Positions 54,669 through 59,804 of a DNA stretch of 59,804 nt are shown in pieces. The stretch spans positions 1-59,804 of the forward strand of contig JALHRC010000006.1 in assembly GCA_022841645.1 (NCBI GenBank), written 5' to 3'. Below the pieces are notes generated by a model, which was given only the letters and a program-made list of their open reading frames with translations, was not told the DNA's origin and searched no databases. The first letter of the stretch is position 1. Every line of letters starts with the position of its first letter. This DNA comes from Minisyncoccota bacterium. Its GTDB lineage: Bacteria; Patescibacteriota; Minisyncoccia; Phycocordibacterales; UBA918. Both the position numbers and the translations under genes were made by a program.

Positions 54669-55436
54669 ATGACACACGTTGCTCATCCATACGTCCAACG
54701 CCTCGGCATCAATCGTGATTGGCGCAGCCGTTGGTTTACCGCTGACCCAAAGAAGTTCCGCGAGTATCTGCGTACCGACGCCGCTGTGCGCAAGCATCTA
54801 GAAAAGAAGCTGCGCGCTATGTCGGTCGACGCACTCGAAATCGAACGCAACCAAAAAGAGATGCGGATCATTATCAAAACTGCTCGCCCAGGTCTCGTGA
54901 TCGGTCGCAGTGGTGAAGGCGCTACTGCGCTCAAGAAGGAGCTCGACCTCATGCTACGCAAGATGAAGCTCTCCTCGAAGCCAGAAATCAAACTCGATAT
55001 CGAAGAAGTGCGTTCGCCAGAATCGAGTGCCCGCATCGTCGGTCTCATGATCGCTGATGGCCTTGAAAAGCGTCTCACCTTCCGTCGCGTGATGAAGCAG
55101 ACGATCGAGAAGGTGATGGCCAACCGCGACGTGGCGGGAGTGCGCATCATTCTCTCGGGTCGCCTTGGTGGCGCTGACATGTCACGCAGTGAGGAGCTTA
55201 AGAAGGGACGGATTCCGCTCCAGACCCTGCGTGCTGATATCGACTTCGCGCGCGTGACGGCCCACCTCCCCTATGGTGCCATTGGTATCAAGGTGTGGAT
55301 CTACCGCGGTGAAGTCTTTGCCGACCGCAAGGCTGGTGCTGCTCGCCCAGAGGCTCCCTCTAATCGTGGCGACCGCAGTGAGGCCCCTCGCGACCGCGCA
55401 CCACGTGCTCCTCGTAGCAACCGGCCGCTTAAGTAA
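54669..55436 (+). CDS. rpsC: 30S ribosomal protein S3
   Basis: ATG at 54669. It has HPYVQRLGI...W.SRWF and a KH domain. Confidence 0.96.
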   Translation: MTHVAHPYVQRLGINRDWRSRWFTADPKKFREYLRTDAAVRKHLEKKLRAMSVDALEIERNQKEMRIIIKTARPGLVIGRSGEGATALKKELDLMLRKMKLSSKPEIKLDIEEVRSPESSARIVGLMIADGLEKRLTFRRVMKQTIEKVMANRDVAGVRIILSGRLGGADMSRSEELKKGRIPLQTLRADIDFARVTAHLPYGAIGIKVWIYRGEVFADRKAGAARPEAPSNRGDRSEAPRDRAPRAPRSNRPLK

Positions 55437-55442
55437 CTGCTT

Positions 55443-55877
55443 ATGTTATTCCCGAAAAAAGTAAAACACCGTAAGTGGCAGGTTGGCCGCAAGAGTGACG
55501 CGAAGCGTGTCGCTCCAGAAACGCGCGGCATCACCGTAGCGTTCGGTTCGTACGGCCTTAAGGCGACGTCTGAATCGCGCGTCCGCTCCAATCAAATCGA
55601 AGCGGCTCGTCGTGTTATTTCACGTACCCTCGGCAAGAGTGGTAAGGTGTGGATTCGTATCTTCCCCGACAAACCAATTACCAAGAAAGCAGCGGAAACA
55701 CCGATGGGTAAGGGTAAGGGTGATCCCGACCACTTCGTCTTTGAAGTGCGCCCGGGCCGGATCCTCTTTGAGATCGAAGGTGTGACCGAGGCGGTAGCTC
55801 GCGAAGCCTTTCGCAAAGCTACCAAGAAGCTCCCTTTACAAGCTAAGTTCGTGACGCGCGAGGAGACTCGTGTCTAA
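55443..55877 (+). CDS. rplP: 50S ribosomal protein L16
   Basis: 144 aa. It has [11 protein letters not shown] and RMGKGKG-like (PMGKGKG). Confidence 0.97.
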   Translation: MLFPKKVKHRKWQVGRKSDAKRVAPETRGITVAFGSYGLKATSESRVRSNQIEAARRVISRTLGKSGKVWIRIFPDKPITKKAAETPMGKGKGDPDHFVFEVRPGRILFEIEGVTEAVAREAFRKATKKLPLQAKFVTREETRV

Positions 55878-56082
55878 TCAATCCGTTATGGCAAAGAAAG
55901 TTTCTCTCTCTGATAAGAGCGACCAGGACTTGCAGACTGCGGTCAGTGAGGCTCGTGAGGTCATTCGTGCCGAGCGCTTCAAGGACAAACAGTCCCGCAA
56001 GGCTGGTACCATCCGTGGTGCCAAGCTTGAGGTGGCCCGCGCGCTTACCGAACTGTCTCGCCGTAAGGTAACCGCCAAGTAA
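55870..56082 (+). CDS. rpmC: 50S ribosomal protein L29
   Basis: 70 aa in a conserved position between rplP and rpsQ. The start is GTG 55870 or ATG 55888. Confidence 0.9.
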   Translation: MSNQSVMAKKVSLSDKSDQDLQTAVSEAREVIRAERFKDKQSRKAGTIRGAKLEVARALTELSRRKVTAK

Positions 56083-56083
56083 T

Positions 56084-56338
56084 ATGACTACGACAACAAC
56101 AACTGTGAAGCGTCGTGTGCTCCGTGGCCGAGTGGTGTCTACCAAAATGAAAGACACCATCACTGTGGCGGTGGAGCGTTACGTCGAGCACCCAAAGTAC
56201 AAGAAGTTTATTCGTCGCACGAAGAAGTTTCTCGTGCACGACGCTGGCAACACTGCCAAGGAAGGGGAGATCGTCGACATTCGCGAGACCCGGCCAATGA
56301 GTCGTCGCAAGCATTTCGAGCTCGTTAAAACTGCCTAG
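56084..56338 (+). CDS. rpsQ: 30S ribosomal protein S17
   Basis: 84 aa. It has GRVVS.KM.DTI.V.VER...HP.Y.K. Confidence 0.96.
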   Translation: MTTTTTTVKRRVLRGRVVSTKMKDTITVAVERYVEHPKYKKFIRRTKKFLVHDAGNTAKEGEIVDIRETRPMSRRKHFELVKTA

Positions 56339-56340
56339 GT

Positions 56341-56712
56341 ATGATCCAGACACAAACAATTGTGAAGATCACCGACAACACCGGCGCCAAAGTTGGCCGG
56401 GTGTTCAAGATTCTCGGCGGCTCAAAGAAGCGCTATGCGGAAATTGGCGAGATGGTGGTGCTTTCGGTGCAGACTGCCGAGCCTCGCAAGGCAGTGAAGA
56501 AGAAGGACGTTGTGTACGGTGTGATTGTGCGTCAGCGCAAGCCCTTCCGTCGCAAGGATGGTTCGTACGTGAGCTTCGACGACAACGCTGTGGTCTTGGT
56601 GGACAAGGTGAAGAAGGAGCCTCGCGCTAACCGCGTGTTCGGCCCGATCCCGCGTGAGCTCGCTGAAGCTGGTTATCAGAAAATCGTCAACCTCGCTCCC
56701 GAGGTCGTCTAA
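56341..56712 (+). CDS. rplN: 50S ribosomal protein L14
   Basis: 123 aa. It has MIQ.QT...DN.GAK. Confidence 0.97.
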   Translation: MIQTQTIVKITDNTGAKVGRVFKILGGSKKRYAEIGEMVVLSVQTAEPRKAVKKKDVVYGVIVRQRKPFRRKDGSYVSFDDNAVVLVDKVKKEPRANRVFGPIPRELAEAGYQKIVNLAPEVV

Positions 56713-56724
56713 TACTCATCGCCT

Positions 56725-57036
56725 ATGAAAATCAAAAAAGGAGATACGGTCGTGGTGCGTACGGGTAAGGATAAGGGCAAGACCGGCACGGTGAGCCTGA
56801 CGCTTTCGGCCACTCACCAAGTTGTGGTCGAGGGAGTGAATATGGTAAAGCGCCACCGCGGCAGCCGCCGCAGCCGCAGTCAGGGACAGATCATCGATAA
56901 ACCGATGCCGATCAGTGTCTCCAATGTGGCACTCACCGAAGGTGGCAAGGCGGTACGCGTAGGCTACCAGTTTGAAGGGGAGGGTGAAAAGCGAAAGAAG
57001 GTACGCGTTGCTCGCCCGAGTGGTAAAAAGATCTAA
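56725..57036 (+). CDS. rplX: 50S ribosomal protein L24
   Basis: 103 aa. It has a KIKKGDTV.V..GKDKGKTG KOW motif. Confidence 0.96.
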   Translation: MKIKKGDTVVVRTGKDKGKTGTVSLTLSATHQVVVEGVNMVKRHRGSRRSRSQGQIIDKPMPISVSNVALTEGGKAVRVGYQFEGEGEKRKKVRVARPSGKKI

Positions 57037-57047
57037 GCGATTTATTT

Positions 57048-57590
57048 ATGGAAACTATCAACACAAAGATCACATCTGCCTACACTGCTCTCAAGGGTAC
57101 CTTCGGCTACAAAAACCGCATGCAGGCCCCTCGTGTACAGAAGGTGGTGATCTCAGTCGGCACTGGGCGCGAAAAGGACAAGCAAAAGATTGCGCTCATC
57201 CAAAACCGCCTCGCGCGCATCACTGGCCAAAAGCCAGCACGTCGTCCGGCCAAGCAGTCGATCGCTTCATTCAAGCTCCGTCAGGGTGAAATCATCGGCT
57301 ACCAGGTGACCCTTCGCGGCAAGCGCATGGAGCACTTCCTCGAGAAGCTCATCAACCTAGCACTCCCACAAACCCGCGACTTCCAAGGTCTCAAGACCTC
57401 ATCGATCGACGGTATGGGCAACTACACCATTGGTGTGAAAGAGCACAGTATCTTTCCTGAGTGTGGTGAAGAAGAGCTCAAGGATGTGTTTGGTCTCGCC
57501 ATCACGATTGTGACTAGCGCTAAGAGCAAGAAAGAGGCTGAGGCATTTCTACGCCATATTGGCTTACCGCTGCAGAAAGAGAGCAAATAA
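57048..57590 (+). CDS. rplE: 50S ribosomal protein L5
   Basis: 180 aa. It has FGYKN.MQAPRV.KVV...G and RDF.G. Confidence 0.97.
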   Translation: METINTKITSAYTALKGTFGYKNRMQAPRVQKVVISVGTGREKDKQKIALIQNRLARITGQKPARRPAKQSIASFKLRQGEIIGYQVTLRGKRMEHFLEKLINLALPQTRDFQGLKTSSIDGMGNYTIGVKEHSIFPECGEEELKDVFGLAITIVTSAKSKKEAEAFLRHIGLPLQKESK

Positions 57591-57626
57591 TTTTGCTCAT
57601 CGGCTGATGAAAGAGTGATGTAGAGG

Positions 57627-57660
57627 AAGAAAACCCGCTAGTGATGGCGGGTTTTCTTTC
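57627..57660 (+). terminator. intrinsic terminator directly after rplE
   Basis: gaagaaaacccgc pairs with gcgggttttcttc (13 bp). Confidence 0.8.
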
Positions 57661-57770
57661 ATATGCACCGCTACTTTACATAATCGGTGAGAGGTGTAGG
57701 CTTTTCTCGGGCTCGTTTTTTGTAACCGCAACCGCAAAGGCCGACGTCTGTCGGCAAGGGGATACACCTC

Positions 57771-58490
57771 ATGATGCTGGAAGAGCGAGTGGAAGAGCGA
57801 CTCGTGACGGCGCTCGACTTTCCAACGCCTGCGAGCTGCATCGCTTTTTTCGAACTGGAAGGAAAACTGATTTCACCAGGTGCTTTCGACCCTTTCCGGC
57901 GCGGGAAACCACTGGTCGACTTTGGTTCACGCAGCCTCGTCTCGAGTGGTCTCCTGGCAGGGGAGATGTACGTGCGCTACTGCGCCCTAGAGAAGGTCAG
58001 TGCGCAGAGTGCCCTGCGCTCGCTCGCCCTCAACCTCGATCATAGCCCCGGCTTGGTGGCGCTCGTCCTCGAACTCTGCTATCTCACTCATCGGCGCTCA
58101 CCCCACCTGCTCACCGGCGGAGAGTTGCGGCGTCTCTATGCCGACATCTACCTCAGCAACTTCGCGAACCTGCGCATGGCCATGTACGATACGTGGGGTA
58201 TGCCACCACCGCAGTTTCGTTGGCGGTCGTCCGGGAAATGGATGGCTATGGGTAGCCGTACGGCGTGGCGGAAGCGGCTGGGGCACGATGTGCTCATCAG
58301 TCCATTCACACAACGGCGGCGTAGTAGTCGGCAGTTTGCGCCGTTTCGAGATCGGCAGGGATGGCTCGAGTTGGGTGGAGTGCGTGGCCAGGGACCCGGA
58401 GCGGATCTCTACTTTCGCCTCACCTCAGGCGACACCGCTTTCTATCGCGGATTCCCCAGCCGCGCGGCGTATCTTCCGGAAACGGAGTGA
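57771..58490 (+). CDS. orphan hypothetical protein where rpsN/rpsH would be expected
   Basis: 239-aa ORF, Arg/Trp-rich in its C-terminal half, with no motif. The alternative-frame ORF 58000..58506 looks less coding-like. Confidence 0.5.
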   Translation: MMLEERVEERLVTALDFPTPASCIAFFELEGKLISPGAFDPFRRGKPLVDFGSRSLVSSGLLAGEMYVRYCALEKVSAQSALRSLALNLDHSPGLVALVLELCYLTHRRSPHLLTGGELRRLYADIYLSNFANLRMAMYDTWGMPPPQFRWRSSGKWMAMGSRTAWRKRLGHDVLISPFTQRRRSSRQFAPFRDRQGWLELGGVRGQGPGADLYFRLTSGDTAFYRGFPSRAAYLPETE

Positions 58491-58511
58491 GCAGAAGGAG
58501 GGATGAACATC

Positions 58512-58545
58512 AACGCCGGTCAGACCTTCAGGTCTGACCGGCGTT
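58512..58545 (+). terminator. intrinsic terminator-like hairpin
   Basis: aacgccggtcagacc-ttca-ggtctgaccggcgtt. Confidence 0.7.
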
Positions 58546-58555
58546 CCTACTTGCT

Positions 58556-59011
58556 ATGTTCGATATTTTGGTACAGCATTCATCGTGTATGACAATCTTG
58601 TATTCAAATAATAAGGCTGACCTAGAAGGCAAAATTATAAGTGATTTCTTTCACGGGTGGCCGAAGCCCCCGAGTACAGAGGTGCTTATAAAGAGTATTG
58701 AAAGCGCGGATTTTATAGTGCTAGCTATCGATACTGATACTCAGCAATTAGTGGGATATATCACCGCCATCTCAGATAACGTTCTGTCAGCGTACATCCC
58801 CTTTCTTGAAGTTATTCCGGCGTATCAAAAGCAGGGGATTGGTCATGAGCTGGTACGGCGTATGCTGGAGCAACTCGAGCACCTCTACATGATTGATCTT
58901 GTGTGTGACAAAGAGTTGGCCGGCTTCTACGCAGATGCGGGCCTCGTGTCAGGGCACGCAATGATCAAGAGAAATTACGCTAATCAGGCTGGGGTGGACT
59001 TAGGGACTTGA
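58556..59011 (+). CDS. GNAT-family N-acetyltransferase
   Basis: It has motif A, YQKQGIGHELVRRML. Codons are AT-rich (GC3 in 11 of the first 30). The start may be ATG 58589. Confidence 0.8.
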   Translation: MFDILVQHSSCMTILYSNNKADLEGKIISDFFHGWPKPPSTEVLIKSIESADFIVLAIDTDTQQLVGYITAISDNVLSAYIPFLEVIPAYQKQGIGHELVRRMLEQLEHLYMIDLVCDKELAGFYADAGLVSGHAMIKRNYANQAGVDLGT

Positions 59012-59086
59012 AACAAGGCCACGTTTATTTGCACAATAGAGTAATATATGTTATGATATACACGTAGCTCTTTCAAAAATCACGCA

Positions 59087-59140
59087 GTTTGCCATAGCGG
59101 AAAGTGTCTTATTTTTAGGTCATTCTCCGCTATGGCAAAC
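59087..59140. other. 15-bp perfect inverted repeat upstream of ORF 59149
   Basis: gtttgccatagcgga (59087-101) pairs with tccgctatggcaaac (59126-140). Confidence 0.7.
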
Positions 59141-59148
59141 CCACAGAG

Positions 59149-59757
59149 GTGGTCAGGCCCGCTGGCAAGACAAAGGAACACCCCGTGAAGAACGGAAACA
59201 CCCTTCCTGTCGGCCTATTCGCTAACTTTGCGGCGATGGTCATGAAGGCATTGCCTCGCGACCTCCCGCCCGCAACTGCCCAATACTGGGCACTGAATGG
59301 TGAAGTGTTGACTGTGGTGCTGACGAAGGCACTGAGGACCACGCCGCTTGACCGTGTCATCGACTGCGATGCCGACCCCTTCGTTCCCGACGGCTGCAGG
59401 GTCGAAGAGCACAAGCAGGGCGGACAGTTCACCTTCGACCGGTCGCAAATCGAGTTCTATCTCGATGACGGCCAGAAGAATGGGAAGTACATCATGGGCG
59501 ACAAGCTCCGTGAGCGGCTGGCCGACAAGCCGTGCCTCAACGCCAACGTCCTCGACTACCTGCTTGCCAATCCACACCTCATTCCCGATGAGTGGAAAGG
59601 CAAGTACATCTACTTCTGGGGGACGACTTACCGCGACTACGATGGCGACCTGTGCGTCCGCTACCTCCACTGGTGCCGCGACAGGTGGGGCTGCGACAGC
59701 AACTTGTTTGCGGACGAATGGGGGCGCGACGGTCCCGCCGCGGTGCGTGCAAGTTGA
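59149..59757 (+). CDS. conserved hypothetical protein with C-terminal IPDEWKGK...FWGTxYRDxDGxLCVRYL motif
   Basis: 202-aa GC3-rich ORF. From memory, the C-terminal block resembles an uncharacterised family recurrent in CPR and other metagenomic genomes. The start is uncertain (GTG 59149 or GTG 59185). Confidence 0.6.
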   Translation: MVRPAGKTKEHPVKNGNTLPVGLFANFAAMVMKALPRDLPPATAQYWALNGEVLTVVLTKALRTTPLDRVIDCDADPFVPDGCRVEEHKQGGQFTFDRSQIEFYLDDGQKNGKYIMGDKLRERLADKPCLNANVLDYLLANPHLIPDEWKGKYIYFWGTTYRDYDGDLCVRYLHWCRDRWGCDSNLFADEWGRDGPAAVRAS

Positions 59758-59782
59758 ATTAGCGTGAGACGTGAGGAGTGGT

Positions 59783-59804
59783 GGCGGGGGCGTACGCCCC
59801 CGCC
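59783..59804 (+). terminator. GC hairpin at the window edge
   Basis: ggcgggggcg pairs with cgcccccgcc. Downstream sequence is not visible. Confidence 0.4.

Noticed and set aside
58000-58506. Alternative-frame ORFs 58000-58506 and 57641-58045 overlapping ORF 57771-58490
   Set aside because: Their translations are dominated by Arg/Ser/Pro/Gly/Cys, typical of an off-frame reading of a GC-rich gene. The 57771 frame has more balanced composition.
1-59804. CRISPR array, reverse transcriptase/DGR, integrase or prophage genes
   Set aside because: There are no regularly spaced direct repeats and no RT, integrase or phage structural motifs in any ORF. The only mobile-element signal is the IS30-like fragment at 1-59.

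Overview
This is a moderately GC-rich bacterial chromosome segment. Its gene content and architecture look like a small-genome Patescibacteria/CPR organism, possibly Saccharibacteria-like. That assignment is inference from gene content only: type IV pilus plus ComEC, GH15, SOD, an oxidative pentose-phosphate operon, and native genes without Shine-Dalgarno (SD) sites. No rRNA, tRNA or CRISPR array was found. Positions 1-31 kb hold housekeeping genes (HU, RNase Y, ClpP, trigger factor, PPase, NusA, TpiA-Pgk, HIT, RecJ, RNase HI, SOD, L28, an M50 protease). They also hold a pilB-pilC-pseudopilin operon, a split ComEC, a RelE/RHH toxin-antitoxin pair and an IS30-like transposase start at the left edge. 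Positions 31-60 kb hold the str-S10-spc ribosomal protein cluster from rpsL to rplE in canonical order on the + strand. The most unusual feature is that this cluster is cut at six junctions by non-ribosomal DNA of 229 bp, 10.3 kb, 1.26 kb, 1.08 kb, 2.73 kb and at least 2.2 kb. Several inserts carry orphan ORFs with canonical SD sites and deviating codon composition, and they are bracketed by strong terminators and perfect palindromes. Other signals: three copies of the fusA 3' end that differ only at synonymous positions; an eight-hairpin array after fusA; a roughly 100-nt dispersed repeat family with three copies; a 20-bp perfect palindrome present twice plus one degenerate copy; a leader upstream of rplC with an attenuator-like hairpin and a 16-bp stem that sequesters the start codon; and two ORF-free structured regions that are ncRNA candidates. 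All family calls rest on motifs read by eye. No database search was run.
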